Shown one piece after another: positions 22,376 to 33,361 of a stretch of DNA of 64,000 nt (the stretch's first letter is position 1; every line of letters starts with the position of its first letter). Location of the stretch: the NCBI GenBank assembly GCA_049971805.1, contig JBMFKU010000002.1, forward strand, positions 1-64,000, written 5' to 3'. Both the position numbers and the translations under genes were made by a program. This DNA is from Caldisphaera sp. GTDB lineage: Archaea; Thermoproteota; Thermoprotei_A; Sulfolobales; Acidilobaceae. The notes under the pieces are model-generated. The model ran no database searches and had not been told where the DNA came from. It was given only the letters and a program-made list of their open reading frames with translations.

Positions 22376-22856
22376 AAATATTTTAAAGGATAATATTGTT
22401 AGTATAGAAGAAAATAAGGGCTATATCGATATAATAGTACCTGTTGAAAAGCTAGTTGAATCTGCAAAAAAGCTTAAAGAAGCTGGATTTGATCATGTAA
22501 AATCTGTAACTGCAGTTGATTATATTGCAAAAAAGCAGTTTAAAGTAACATATCACATTTCTAGCTTTTTGAATGAAGATCTATCTAAATATATTTTGGG
22601 TTTATCCTCTATTATTAGCAGAGATAATCCCCATATACCAAGTTTATCAAGAATTTGGGTAAGCGCGGAATTCCAAGAAAGAGAAGTATATGAATTTTTC
22701 GGAATTGTTTTTGATAATCATCCTGATTTACGTCTATTGCTTTTAACTCCAGTAGTTGCTGCATTAAAGCCATTAAGAAAGGACTTTGTGGTAAAGGAAG
22801 AAAGTGATAACATAGAAACTGATTATGCAGGATATAATGCTAATAAATGGTGGTAA
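22341..22856 (+). CDS. nuoC: Complex I-like subunit C
   Basis: EREVYEFFGIVFDNHP, PLRKDF. Confidence 0.92.
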   Translation: MKKLISVQDMIKNILKDNIVSIEENKGYIDIIVPVEKLVESAKKLKEAGFDHVKSVTAVDYIAKKQFKVTYHISSFLNEDLSKYILGLSSIISRDNPHIPSLSRIWVSAEFQEREVYEFFGIVFDNHPDLRLLLLTPVVAALKPLRKDFVVKEESDNIETDYAGYNANKWW

Positions 22857-24112
22857 AAATGGAAGCAGAAACCTCTAAAGGAGGAGAGTTATCTCATTTA
22901 CCAGGTATGGAAGTTAGTCAGCTTTCAAAAAGCACATACGAAGTTTATATAGGTCCAGCTCATCCAGGATCTGGACATATGAGAATTGTGGTAGAAGTAG
23001 ATGGAGATGTTATGGTTAAAGTAGACCCAGATATTGGATTTGTTCATAGAACCATGGAAAAGCTTGCAGAAGGAAGGGATTGGATTAAAAATATTCCATT
23101 ATTTGAAAGGATGGCTATATTGGATGCATGCAATACGACATTACCATATGTTGAAGCTGTTGAAAAATTACTTGGTACAGAACCACCTATAAGAGCTAAA
23201 TATTTAAGAACTTTATTGTGTGAAATTAATAGAATTGCAAGCCATCTCTATGGTATGGGAATATTTGGTGTGTTCTTGGGTCATTCAACCTTATATATGT
23301 GGGCATTTGGCGATAGAGAGATCTTTATTGAATTGGCAGAGCAATTAACTGGGGCTAGACTAACACATACGTATCCAGTATTTGGAGGAGTTAGAAGGGA
23401 TATGCCAGACGATTTTCCAGAAGGGGCTAGAAAGGCAACAAAATATATGAGAAACAGGCTTTATGAATATGCAAAGATATTTCTTAATAATCCAAATATA
23501 AGAAGTAGATTAGAAAATGTAGGAGTGATGTCAAAGAATTTGGCAACAGAGCTTGGTATAGTAGGACCTAATTTAAGGGCAAGCGGTGTTAAATACGATG
23601 TTAGATTAAATGACCCTTACGAAGTATATAATGAATTAGACTTTGAAATTCCAGTTTTTGAGGAAGGAGATTCGTTAGCTAGGGCTTGGATGAGGGTTGA
23701 AGAGATAAGACAAAGTTTAAATATAATAGATCAAGCTGTTACATGGTTAGAAAAACATCCAAGAGATAACTTTATGCATGATAAGTTTTGGAAGACAGCA
23801 CCTAAGCTTTATAAAGATGTATACTCTGGTCAAATAAAATATGCAGGAAAATATAGGATAAAGTTAATGCCATTGTTTGCAACATTAAAGGTCCCTCCTG
23901 GTAAGGCTTTTGCAAGAGTAGAAGGGGGCAGAGGTGAATACGTATATTATGTTGAAAGCGATGGCAAGGATGTGCCATATAGAGTAAGAGCTGTGACTCC
24001 ATCGTTTAGAAATGTAATTGCTTTTAAATATCTGATGCCAGGTCACAGATTAATGGACTTACCAGCAATATATGGTAGTTTTGATTATTTCCCTCCGGAA
24101 TTTGATAGGTGA
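22847..24112 (+). CDS. nuoD: Complex I-like subunit D
   Basis: GPAHPGSGH, GFVHR.MEKL, EINRIASH, C-terminal PPEFDR; no NiFe CxxC motifs. Confidence 0.93.
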   Translation: MVVKMEAETSKGGELSHLPGMEVSQLSKSTYEVYIGPAHPGSGHMRIVVEVDGDVMVKVDPDIGFVHRTMEKLAEGRDWIKNIPLFERMAILDACNTTLPYVEAVEKLLGTEPPIRAKYLRTLLCEINRIASHLYGMGIFGVFLGHSTLYMWAFGDREIFIELAEQLTGARLTHTYPVFGGVRRDMPDDFPEGARKATKYMRNRLYEYAKIFLNNPNIRSRLENVGVMSKNLATELGIVGPNLRASGVKYDVRLNDPYEVYNELDFEIPVFEEGDSLARAWMRVEEIRQSLNIIDQAVTWLEKHPRDNFMHDKFWKTAPKLYKDVYSGQIKYAGKYRIKLMPLFATLKVPPGKAFARVEGGRGEYVYYVESDGKDVPYRVRAVTPSFRNVIAFKYLMPGHRLMDLPAIYGSFDYFPPEFDR

Positions 24113-25164
24113 TTAAGATGAATGTATGGTATTTAGTTTATAAAGTTATTATTGATGATATAATATTTTACCCTCCTGTGTATCAATTTTTGATTATTCC
24201 TGGTTTAATAGCAGCATTGCTGGTTGCATTGTTTATAATTTGGTTTGAAAGAAAAGCAGCAGCATTTGTCCAAATGAGATACGGCCCGTGGGAAATAGCT
24301 CCAAAAATTGGTGGAGCTATACAATTGGTTGCAGATTTAACTAGATATGCATTGCAGGAAATAATAGTCCCTGAAACTGTTGATCAATTGCCATATATAT
24401 TATCACCTATAGTGATGATAATTTTATCTTTGATGCCGTTGGAAGCAATTCCATTAACTTCTGTAAAACCATATTTCCCAATACCCATGGGTTATAGCTT
24501 ATTAATAGCTGTTGCAATAAGTACATTATCTCCATTATTTGTTATAATTATGTCATGGGCCAGTAATAACAAATTCTCTTTGGTTGGAGGTGTTAGAGAA
24601 TCATTTATTATAACTGCCTATGAGTTAATAGCTGTATTAGGATTTTTAACTGTTGCTGCTATGACCCATACATTTAATATGGTAAGTATCGTAAATACTC
24701 AAATGAGCGGTAAGTGGCTAGGTCTTTTAAATCCCATTGCTTTGCTTGTTGTATTTATTGCAATATTAATGTCTACAAGCGGTTTTCCATTTGAAATTCC
24801 AGACTCAGAAAGTGAGATAGTAGCAGGGCCATACACTGAGTATACAGGTTTATTATACGGGCTAAACATGGGAGGGGCTTACATAAGAAGATGGGTTTTT
24901 AGTGTATTAATGGTATTGGTGTTTCTTGGTGGATGGGCACCATATCATCCAACACCCGGAATAATAACTGGTTACTTTGTTCCAAGCTTAATAGTATCAA
25001 TAAAGGCATTAATAGTTATGGCAATTATGAGCTTCCTAAGAACAGTTTATGGTAGATATAGAATGGATCAAGCCTTAGGGATAGCCTGGGAAATATTAAT
25101 TCCATTGGCATTAGTTGCATTTGGAATAGGCCTAGCAGAGGCCTATTTTGGTATTATAATTTGA
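24109..25164 (+). CDS. nuoH: Complex I-like subunit H
   Basis: FERKAAAFVQMRYGP, PFEIPDSESEIVAG.YTEY. Confidence 0.93.
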   Translation: MIKMNVWYLVYKVIIDDIIFYPPVYQFLIIPGLIAALLVALFIIWFERKAAAFVQMRYGPWEIAPKIGGAIQLVADLTRYALQEIIVPETVDQLPYILSPIVMIILSLMPLEAIPLTSVKPYFPIPMGYSLLIAVAISTLSPLFVIIMSWASNNKFSLVGGVRESFIITAYELIAVLGFLTVAAMTHTFNMVSIVNTQMSGKWLGLLNPIALLVVFIAILMSTSGFPFEIPDSESEIVAGPYTEYTGLLYGLNMGGAYIRRWVFSVLMVLVFLGGWAPYHPTPGIITGYFVPSLIVSIKALIVMAIMSFLRTVYGRYRMDQALGIAWEILIPLALVAFGIGLAEAYFGIII

Positions 25165-25175
25165 GGTGAAAGTTT

Positions 25176-25805
25176 ATGCCAGCAAAGGTTTCATTAAAAA
25201 AGAATCCTAAAGTTAATCCACTAGGTAGGGTTTTTGCAGGTAATATTGGAGCCCTTTCTATGGGATTGAAGTACTTTTTCGATCCTAATAGAATTACTTT
25301 ATTATATCCTCATGAATTCATAAAGCTTACTCAAGGATATAGAGGGTTTATAGTTTTAATCCAGGACTTGTGCATCAGTTGCTCATCATGTGCAAGAATT
25401 TGTCCAGCAAGAGCAATGAAAATGTTATCTGTTAAGGTATTTGATAAAAGATTAAAGAAGGAAATGGTAAAAAAGTTCCCAGTTATCAATTATAATAGAT
25501 GTATCTTTTGTGGATATTGTGTTGATGTCTGCCCTACAGAGGCACTATATCATGTTCCATATCATGATTTAGTGTATAAAAACATGGAAGATATGATACT
25601 ATCTTTGGATGACTTTGAAAAGGAGCCTGAAAATATTACTGCTAAAGAAGGTATACCTGTAAAATATTACTTTGATGAAAAAAGAGGTTTGGTAAAATTA
25701 CCATATAAAGAAGAACTAGAAAAGGAGCAGCCTGCTCAGAGCACACAACAAGAGCAAAAACAATCTAAACAAAGCGAAACTGCTCAAGGAGGTGCAGCAA
25801 AATGA
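25176..25805 (+). CDS. nuoI: Complex I-like subunit I (2x[4Fe-4S])
   Basis: CISCSSCARICP and CIFCGYCVDVCP. Confidence 0.93.
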   Translation: MPAKVSLKKNPKVNPLGRVFAGNIGALSMGLKYFFDPNRITLLYPHEFIKLTQGYRGFIVLIQDLCISCSSCARICPARAMKMLSVKVFDKRLKKEMVKKFPVINYNRCIFCGYCVDVCPTEALYHVPYHDLVYKNMEDMILSLDDFEKEPENITAKEGIPVKYYFDEKRGLVKLPYKEELEKEQPAQSTQQEQKQSKQSETAQGGAAK

Positions 25806-26296
25806 GCGTTTATGTTTCAATGCCTTTATTTGCTATCATATTGGGCATAGCATCTATTGTTGCTTCATATTTTGTAATTAAGACTAAGGATTTGGTTTAT
25901 TCGAGCTCTATGTTAGCTGTGCTGGCATCTATAATTGCAGCTCTTCTTGCTTTAATAGGATATGGTATTGTTGCAGCATTCCAGGTTTTGATTTATGTAG
26001 GTGCAGCTGTTATGTTCATTATAATAGCAATATCTATGGTAGGATCAAGAGGGAGGGAAACAAAAGAGTCTTTCTTAGGCTTTATTGTTGGAACTTCTCT
26101 TGCTATATCTATAGCCTTAATATTAATTGGAGGTAGGTTATATAATTTATATACATATCCATCATACGTCAGCCCTTCGCAAGCTGCCCAAGGGCTATTG
26201 GATCATTATTTTCCCGTTGTTGCCTTGATATTAATAGCTCAAGCCGCTACATTGGTAGAAGCTATTAGCATTTCTAAGAGAGGTGATGCTTCATGA
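25802..26296 (+). CDS. nuoJ: Complex I-like subunit J
   Basis: QVLIYVGA; hydrophobic; operon position. Confidence 0.88.
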   Translation: MSVYVSMPLFAIILGIASIVASYFVIKTKDLVYSSSMLAVLASIIAALLALIGYGIVAAFQVLIYVGAAVMFIIIAISMVGSRGRETKESFLGFIVGTSLAISIALILIGGRLYNLYTYPSYVSPSQAAQGLLDHYFPVVALILIAQAATLVEAISISKRGDAS

Positions 26297-26607
26297 TATT
26301 TATAGATAAATTAACTGGAGCAATAGTAATGCTGGTTTCAGTTATAATAATGGGAATCGGAGCATATGGTGTTTCATCATCTAGAAGCTTATTTAGACAA
26401 CTTTTATCAATAGAAGTTATATTCAATGGTCTATTGCTATTAGTTCTATCTTTGCTTTCTTTTGATGCTATAATGGCTACTTATTTCGGTATAGTTGTTA
26501 TATCTGTTGTGTCTGCAGAGGTTATAGTTGTTGTTTCTATTTTGATAGCATATTTGAGAGAAAGTGGATCTTTGAGTTCTGAAGATCTTGAAGAAGGAGG
26601 TGTTTGA
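26293..26607 (+). CDS. nuoK: Complex I-like subunit K
   Basis: LLSIEVIFNG, SAEV; 3 TM. Confidence 0.88.
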   Translation: MIFIDKLTGAIVMLVSVIIMGIGAYGVSSSRSLFRQLLSIEVIFNGLLLLVLSLLSFDAIMATYFGIVVISVVSAEVIVVVSILIAYLRESGSLSSEDLEEGGV

Positions 26608-28172
26608 TTTTGATTTTAGGTTTTCCTTTATTATGGTTAACCATATTATTACCTCTTGTATTGGGTATTTTGGCCTGGCTTCTAGGTAAATATACAGGAG
26701 CAGTTAAAGCACTTATAGACTTGTCAGGTTTAGTATTATTAATCCCACTTGCAACTGTACTGTATTATTATGTAACAGGGCAGATATCAAAAAGTATAGT
26801 TGATCCTTTATATATAAATCTAAGCTCATATAGAATAGGTTCATTTTACTTAGGAATCGATGGTTTGTCTGCACCCATTGTTATAGGAATATCAATTGTA
26901 ACATCATTTGTTTCATTTTATGGAATAAAATACATGATAAAAAGAATAGAAGAAATGAAGGAAAATAAAGAATCTGTGCCAAATCTGGGTTCTTATGTTT
27001 TGCTATATAACATATTTGCTATAACAATGCTAGGAATAGCCTATTCAAGTAATTTAATAGAATTTTATATATTTTTAGAAGGTACACTAATTTCTTCATT
27101 TTTATTAATAGCTTATTATGGCTATGGGGATAGAAGAAAAATTTCGTTGCTGTATTTTGTTTGGACCCATATTGGGGCTGTATTATTATTAACTGGTATT
27201 CTTTATCTTGGATCTATTGTAGGTTCATTTAATTACATGATTTTAAGTAATAATGAATTGATACCGGTAGGCTCTCTCCAATTGATTTTGGGAAGCGCAA
27301 CAACTATAATTGCATTATTAATGCTTATTGGGCTTTTTGTTAAAATGGCGGTGTTTGGTGTACATATGTGGTTACCATATGCGCATGCTGAAGCACCAAC
27401 TCCTATATCGGCATTGTTATCACCTAATCTAATAGGACTTGCAGGTTATGCTATAGCAAGGTTTGTTTTCCAATTCTTCCCCACTCTCATGCTGAGTTGG
27501 AGGCCGTATTTGTTAACCCTAGCATTTGTAACAATATTTTATGGAGGGCTTGTTGCCTTAAGGCAAAAGGATTTCAAAAGATTTTTAGCATATTCTAGTA
27601 TAAGCCAAATGGGCTATATGTTGCTTGGTCTATCTACACTGACTTCTTATGGGATTATAGGAGCAATGCTAATTTATCTATCTCATGCCATTGGAAAGGC
27701 CATACTATTTATGAGTGCGGGGGTGTTTATTACAGAATTGCACAACTTGAGGGATATAACAAAAATGGGAGGGCTTGCCAAGAAATATCCTTTCACAGCT
27801 GCATTGGCATTATTTGGATTTATGAATTTAACAGGTCTACCACCTAGCGTGGGAATGTGGAGCGAAATATTGATAGTGATGGGTCTAATGCATGCATACG
27901 GATTAAGCAGTTTATTAAATTTAATTGGATTTTCTGCCCTACTAACTGTTGGTCTTACATTAACAGGAGCATATTCGTTTATAATGATGAGGAGGATATT
28001 TTATGGGCAACCAAGAAGTAAAATAGAAAAACATGAAAGTATCGATGGCTTCAAATTATCTATATTTGCAATAGCTGTATTTGGATTTGTATTTTTCATA
28101 GTAATAAACCCAGTAATTTCAAGCCTTAATACATCTGTGATATCATTTATAATATCTTTTTTAGGTAGGTGA
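26604..28172 (+). CDS. nuoM: Complex I-like antiporter subunit M
   Basis: FYIFLE, HMWLPYAHAEAPTPISALL, AYSSISQMG. Confidence 0.9.
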   Translation: MILILGFPLLWLTILLPLVLGILAWLLGKYTGAVKALIDLSGLVLLIPLATVLYYYVTGQISKSIVDPLYINLSSYRIGSFYLGIDGLSAPIVIGISIVTSFVSFYGIKYMIKRIEEMKENKESVPNLGSYVLLYNIFAITMLGIAYSSNLIEFYIFLEGTLISSFLLIAYYGYGDRRKISLLYFVWTHIGAVLLLTGILYLGSIVGSFNYMILSNNELIPVGSLQLILGSATTIIALLMLIGLFVKMAVFGVHMWLPYAHAEAPTPISALLSPNLIGLAGYAIARFVFQFFPTLMLSWRPYLLTLAFVTIFYGGLVALRQKDFKRFLAYSSISQMGYMLLGLSTLTSYGIIGAMLIYLSHAIGKAILFMSAGVFITELHNLRDITKMGGLAKKYPFTAALALFGFMNLTGLPPSVGMWSEILIVMGLMHAYGLSSLLNLIGFSALLTVGLTLTGAYSFIMMRRIFYGQPRSKIEKHESIDGFKLSIFAIAVFGFVFFIVINPVISSLNTSVISFIISFLGR

Positions 28173-30232
28173 TATTTATGGTAGTTACAATTTACTCAAA
28201 TTGGTACGAATGGAATTCCATATGGCTCTCCCCATTTTTAGGTGCAGCCATATTAGCATTGACATGGCTTTTTGGAGTAAGAAATGAAAAATTATATAAC
28301 ATAATAAGTGTATTAAGCATATTAGTTTCTGCTATAGTATCTTCGTTTGCATTATACGATGTATTGATTAAGCACGAAATAATAATTGCAGAGACCTCAA
28401 CCTATTGGGTAAGCCTGCTTAAGATAAAGGTTGGAGTATATCTAGATGGTTTAGGAGCAATAATGGCTACTATTGTATCATGGCTGAGCTTTCTAATAGC
28501 AGTTTATAGCATAGATTATATGAAAAATGATTGGGGGGTTCAAAGATATTTCTTCTTTATTTCATTCTTCGTGGGAAGCATGTTACTATTGGTTACAGCA
28601 AGCAATTTGATTTTAATGTTTATAGGTTGGGAAGGAACCGGGCTTGCAAGCTATGCATTGATAGGTCACTGGTACAGTGATGAAGAGCAATATTGGGTTG
28701 GAGCTCCAAAAAGAAAGGCATTAGGACTACCAATGTATTTTGAGCCCAGCACAAGTGGTATAAGAGCTATTTTATTTACAAGAGTTGGTGATGTAGGATT
28801 TTTGGTGGGAATAACTTCGTTGTTTTTCTTGGCAAGTTCCATGTCAATACCTACAATTGCTTCTACTGCAGGCACATGGATGAGCTTATTAGCTTCAAAA
28901 GGTATGTTAACAGCTTTCTTATTAATCTTTACATTAGGTGCCTTAGCTAAAAGTGCGCAATTCCCATTCCACGAATGGCTCGTAACAGCAATGACTGGTC
29001 CAACGCCTGTATCTGCGTTGATACATGCTGCAACTATGGTAAAAGCTGGGGTTTATTACATTTTGAGATTTGCTCCGATATTTTTTGTGGGTGCAATTGC
29101 TACGGCAAGTGCAGCTGCAATATCGGAAACTCATCAATATTTCTATATTGTAGCAGGATTAGCTGTTACAACAGTATTTATAATGGCAACTATGGCTATA
29201 GTAAGCAATGAATTTAAGCTAATTCTAGCATATTCTACTGCTGAATATTTAGGATATATGATACTAGCCGTTGCTGTAGGAGGTTTATTTGTTACAACTC
29301 ATAATTTCTCGGCTATGGCAGATGCTGAACTTGCAGGGATTGCAATGTTATTGGCTCACGCTGTATTTAAAGCAGCTCTATTCTTAATAGCAGGATATGC
29401 GTTGCATGTTGCAGATAGCAGATTTATTGATAATATGGGAAACTACTCAAAATACATGAAAGTTACAGCAGTTTCTATGTGGTTAGCAGGTCTGAGCTTA
29501 GCCGCCATCCCACCGTTCAGCGGGTTCTTTGCAAAAGAGCTAGTATTAGAAAATGTTAGCAAAACAGGCTATCTAGGTCTCTATATATTTGCAGTATTAG
29601 CAGTATTTTTCACCGCAGCTTATATATCTAGGCTTATTATCAGAGTCTTTCATGCGCCTCCATATATAGAAAACAAAGAGGCAGAACATCATCTCCGCGA
29701 AGCTCCTATACTGATGCTAGGCCCCTATGGTGTTTTAGCCATAGCAGCATTGGTATTAGGAGCTCTGTGGTTCTGGACTGGAAAAGGCTTAGAGATAGGA
29801 ATATTTGAGACCTTGGGAATACAAGCATCTCCAATATATAATGTTGCAATAGATGCCAGCACAATTATAATAACATCATTAATTGTTGTTGATTTTGTTA
29901 TAATAGCATTACTGTATCTAAGAAGATACAACTTTATGGGATTGCTAGATAAGAGTTCGACATTAAGGGCTATTCATGGATTTTTATATGATAGATGGTT
30001 TATCAACTCAGCAATATACTATTTGGTATTATATCCATTTGCTGGATTATCATGGCTGCTTGGAGTAATTAATTCAGCAATAGATTCGTTTTACCACTTT
30101 GTTCTGCCAAAGACTGGAGAGCTTTTATCTAAGAGCCTTAGATCATTTTTCAGAGGTAGAACTGATTATCTGATTGCCATGTATATAATAATGGCAAGTA
30201 TCATAATGTTAATAATATACTTTGGATGGTGA
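28169..30232 (+). CDS. nuoL: Complex I-like antiporter subunit L
   Basis: GWEGTG, KSAQFPFHEWL..AMTGPTPVSALIHAATMV. Confidence 0.92.
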   Translation: MIFMVVTIYSNWYEWNSIWLSPFLGAAILALTWLFGVRNEKLYNIISVLSILVSAIVSSFALYDVLIKHEIIIAETSTYWVSLLKIKVGVYLDGLGAIMATIVSWLSFLIAVYSIDYMKNDWGVQRYFFFISFFVGSMLLLVTASNLILMFIGWEGTGLASYALIGHWYSDEEQYWVGAPKRKALGLPMYFEPSTSGIRAILFTRVGDVGFLVGITSLFFLASSMSIPTIASTAGTWMSLLASKGMLTAFLLIFTLGALAKSAQFPFHEWLVTAMTGPTPVSALIHAATMVKAGVYYILRFAPIFFVGAIATASAAAISETHQYFYIVAGLAVTTVFIMATMAIVSNEFKLILAYSTAEYLGYMILAVAVGGLFVTTHNFSAMADAELAGIAMLLAHAVFKAALFLIAGYALHVADSRFIDNMGNYSKYMKVTAVSMWLAGLSLAAIPPFSGFFAKELVLENVSKTGYLGLYIFAVLAVFFTAAYISRLIIRVFHAPPYIENKEAEHHLREAPILMLGPYGVLAIAALVLGALWFWTGKGLEIGIFETLGIQASPIYNVAIDASTIIITSLIVVDFVIIALLYLRRYNFMGLLDKSSTLRAIHGFLYDRWFINSAIYYLVLYPFAGLSWLLGVINSAIDSFYHFVLPKTGELLSKSLRSFFRGRTDYLIAMYIIMASIIMLIIYFGW

Positions 30233-31687
30233 TTGGTCGTGTGGGAAATTAATATAATAGAATTTTTCTTATATTTGACATTAGCAGTTGGTTTGGTTGC
30301 TCCACTAACAGGAGTAAAAGATAAAGAAAGTTCATGGCCCGTAGCATTTGCTGGCATAGGAATTGGATCATTTTTTATTGTATCAATTTTGACGCTTTAT
30401 TCCACATTTACACAATATATAACATTTTATGGGGGCTTAATCATACAAGATTCGTTTACCTCAATTATATTGCTAGGTTCATCAATAGCATCAATAATAT
30501 TTCTTATAGGCATAGGAAAAGATGCTATGAAGTGGAATAGTAGGCCGGCTTTATACAGTTTAATACCATTAGTTTTATTTGGTTTATTCTTCTTAGCTGG
30601 TTCTGCAGATGCATTAATGCTATTGGCATCTTGGTTGTTGGTATCAGTAGCGAGCTATGTATTTGTTTCATTACCAAATGGAAAGGAAAGTAAATCAGCA
30701 GCTATAAGATACATAATGGTTGGTATGATTGCTACACTTATATTGGTTGCATGGATATCATTTTTAACACTGACACCAAAGTCAGCAGTAGATGAGTTTT
30801 CATTTTCATCCTTAGTTCCATCAACAAAGATAGGATATGGATTGGCAGGTCTAGCATTGCTTTTATTTTTAGCAGCATTAGGATTTAAGGTAGGCCTATT
30901 TCCATTCCATTGGTGGTTACCAAGCGTTTATGGAAGAGGCGATGGCAGAGGAATATCATTTGTGGCAGGAGTGGTAAAACTAGGGTTTATAGCTGTAATT
31001 GCAAGGACTATAGTTATATTTGCATTTTCATCTGATGGAGTAAGTCCTATCGCAGGCTATGCAGCTGTATTAATAGCAGTTCTAGCAGTTGCAACTATGA
31101 TTTACGGAAATTTTGCAGCATTGACTACTAGAAACTTCCAGGTAATTTTATCATATAGCAGTATGGCTCAGGTTGGATACATATTTGCTGCTATAGCAGC
31201 AGCTGCATATTTTGCAGGAAATGCAAATTATGGGTTATTAAAGCTAGCCATGTTTGCTGTAGCTTTACAAGCAATAGCTTATGGTATAGCCAAAACACCA
31301 TTGTTTGAGTTTGTAGGAAAAACAAAACAAGAATTAAGCGACTTGCATGGATTATTAAGTGTAAATCCAGCTGCAGCTATATCAGTTTCAATACTTTTAT
31401 TTAGTCTATTGGGTATACCCCCATTATTAGGTTTCTGGGGAAAGTTGTACTTATTCCTATCAGCATCCGGATATACAGTTTGGTTAGTGCTAGTTGCTTT
31501 GATTAACAGCGGAATAAGTGCAGTCTATTATATTATAGCTTCTAGAGAAATACTATCTAAAGGTGATAATAAAATTAATGTAGGAAGAAGTTATACAGCT
31601 GCGTTGATAATAGCTGCGTTGGCTATCATTATTATAGGTATATATGCTCCTTTCTTATTAAAAGGTATTGTTAGCTTATATTATTAA
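30233..31687 (+). CDS. nuoN: Complex I-like antiporter subunit N
   Basis: FKVGLFPFHWWLP, SLLGIPPLLGFWGK. Confidence 0.9.
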   Translation: MVVWEINIIEFFLYLTLAVGLVAPLTGVKDKESSWPVAFAGIGIGSFFIVSILTLYSTFTQYITFYGGLIIQDSFTSIILLGSSIASIIFLIGIGKDAMKWNSRPALYSLIPLVLFGLFFLAGSADALMLLASWLLVSVASYVFVSLPNGKESKSAAIRYIMVGMIATLILVAWISFLTLTPKSAVDEFSFSSLVPSTKIGYGLAGLALLLFLAALGFKVGLFPFHWWLPSVYGRGDGRGISFVAGVVKLGFIAVIARTIVIFAFSSDGVSPIAGYAAVLIAVLAVATMIYGNFAALTTRNFQVILSYSSMAQVGYIFAAIAAAAYFAGNANYGLLKLAMFAVALQAIAYGIAKTPLFEFVGKTKQELSDLHGLLSVNPAAAISVSILLFSLLGIPPLLGFWGKLYLFLSASGYTVWLVLVALINSGISAVYYIIASREILSKGDNKINVGRSYTAALIIAALAIIIIGIYAPFLLKGIVSLYY

Positions 31688-31719
31688 TTTTGTTTTTTAT
31701 TTAAATTTTTATGAAAGTA

Positions 31720-31829
31720 TGCCGCCGCCGGGATTCGAACCCGGGACCTCCGGATTACTCAGGCGATATCCTCGATTTCGGTTAAAGGCCGTATGAGTCC
31801 GGCGCTCTAACCTCCTGAGCTACGGCGGC
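31720..31829 (-). tRNA. tRNA-Met(CAT), elongator type, 36-nt intron at 37/38 (31756-31791)
   Basis: Reverse complement GCCGCCGTAGCTCAGG...CCGGA-CT-CAT-A[intron]A-TCCGG...GGTTCGAATCCCGGCGGCGGCA; BHB helix CTCA/TGAG with 3-nt bulges. Confidence 0.93.
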
Positions 31830-31982
31830 CCAAAAATTAATGATTTCTAGATAAATTTTAACCTTTTCCTTAGGATTACTTTCGGAAAGCATGGATAAAT
31901 TTTATTTTCCTCTATAGTTATGATTTTTATCATGATGCACATAAGTGTTAAATTGGTATTACCTATGATAGGTGATAAAGAT

Positions 31983-32141
31983 ATGTATGACTATAGGAAC
32001 AATGAGCTTAGAATAGTTAGCTTTAGGATAGACACAGATACATTGTTTGAGTTAGATAAAATTAGTCTTAAATCTAGGAAAAATAGGAGTGAAGTTATCA
32101 GAAGGGCAATAGAAATATATCTAGCAGAAAATAATAAATAG
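31983..32141 (+). CDS. Ribbon-helix-helix (CopG) regulator
   Basis: RIVSFRID...LD......NRSEVIRRAI; start set at the ATG after GGTGA. Confidence 0.8.
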   Translation: MYDYRNNELRIVSFRIDTDTLFELDKISLKSRKNRSEVIRRAIEIYLAENNK

Positions 32142-32217
32142 TTTTTCTATACATATTTTGTAGATATAAAAAATTGTAAATAAAAATTTTATTATGATAA
32201 TTATTAGGTGAAAATAA

Positions 32218-33348
32218 GTGGCAAAAATCTGGACATATCTGATAGCAGGTTTAATAGTTGGATTAGTAATAGGGATACCATTAGGTTATGTTGTATCTCC
32301 TAAACCTGTGTCTACAACTACGACAACTACAACACAATCGCAACAGGTTTTTACTATCGGAGCTGCAGGAACATTAAAATTTGCCTTTGGCAATTTATTG
32401 AATTTAACTAATAAGCTATATCCAGGATTAAGTACAGGAACTCCGCTTTTCAAAGGTAGCGGAGAAGTAGCGCAAGATGAAATTTCTACAAAAGAGTTTA
32501 GCGTTGTGGCATCTGCCGATACTACAACTATACCAGCTGATCTTTTTAAAAATGTAACAAATTACGAAATAGCTTTTGGTGTTACACAAATGGTTGTAAT
32601 AGTAGACCTTCAAACTCAGCCAGGAAAAGAGGTTTATTCATTATGGAAACAAGTACAAACTATGGAACCTTTATCTCAACAATGGAATCAGACTTGGAAA
32701 CAGATATTTAGTATTATTGCTTTGAATCCATCTACTGTAGTTGGTGTATCTAATCCATTTACCGATCCAAGTGGCTACCAAGCCCAATGTGTTTTAAAAT
32801 TAGCTGGCTTAACCTTCTTTAACAATGCATCATATTTATATAATTCTGTATATGGGAATGTTAATAGGTATGATATGAGAAATACAGAAATCGATTTGCT
32901 AACATTGATGGCAACTAATAATTCTGTTCAGTTTATTTTATCAGGTTACTTATCTAATGCGATGCCTCAAACAAAATCTTATCAAAGTCAAGGCATAAAT
33001 ATAACTTACATAACATTACCCCCTCAAATAAATTTGGGCAACTTAAGTTATGTAAATTATTATCATAATGTTAATGTAACATGGACAGAATTAGGAGAAA
33101 CAAAGACATTTACATGTAATCCTGTTGTATATACAATTACAATACCTGAACAAGCACCTAATAAGAATGCAGCTATTAATTTTATCTTATTGTTATTTAG
33201 TCCACTAGGTCAGCAGATTTTGCAGCAATACGGTATTAATCCAATTGTTCCAGGAATAGTTTATGGTAACATAAGTAGTGTACCAGCACAAATTAGACCA
33301 TTTGTAATTCCAGTTAACCAAACAAACTTAGCAAGCATATTTCCATAG
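32218..33348 (+). CDS. wtpA: Tungstate/molybdate ABC transporter substrate-binding protein (WtpA/ModA-like)
   Basis: N-terminal TM anchor and Thr linker; AAGTL, ASAD, NP.TDPSGY, P..INLG, VYTITIP. Confidence 0.8.
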   Translation: MAKIWTYLIAGLIVGLVIGIPLGYVVSPKPVSTTTTTTTQSQQVFTIGAAGTLKFAFGNLLNLTNKLYPGLSTGTPLFKGSGEVAQDEISTKEFSVVASADTTTIPADLFKNVTNYEIAFGVTQMVVIVDLQTQPGKEVYSLWKQVQTMEPLSQQWNQTWKQIFSIIALNPSTVVGVSNPFTDPSGYQAQCVLKLAGLTFFNNASYLYNSVYGNVNRYDMRNTEIDLLTLMATNNSVQFILSGYLSNAMPQTKSYQSQGINITYITLPPQINLGNLSYVNYYHNVNVTWTELGETKTFTCNPVVYTITIPEQAPNKNAAINFILLLFSPLGQQILQQYGINPIVPGIVYGNISSVPAQIRPFVIPVNQTNLASIFP

Positions 33349-33361
33349 GGATGCCAATGGC

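Noticed and set aside
22847-24112. Possible group 4 NiFe hydrogenase large subunit
   Set aside because: Both CxxC metal-binding motifs are absent
31756-31791. C/D guide inside the tRNA-Met intron (contains CTGA)
   Set aside because: Only 36 nt with no C box; the TGAG is the BHB helix strand
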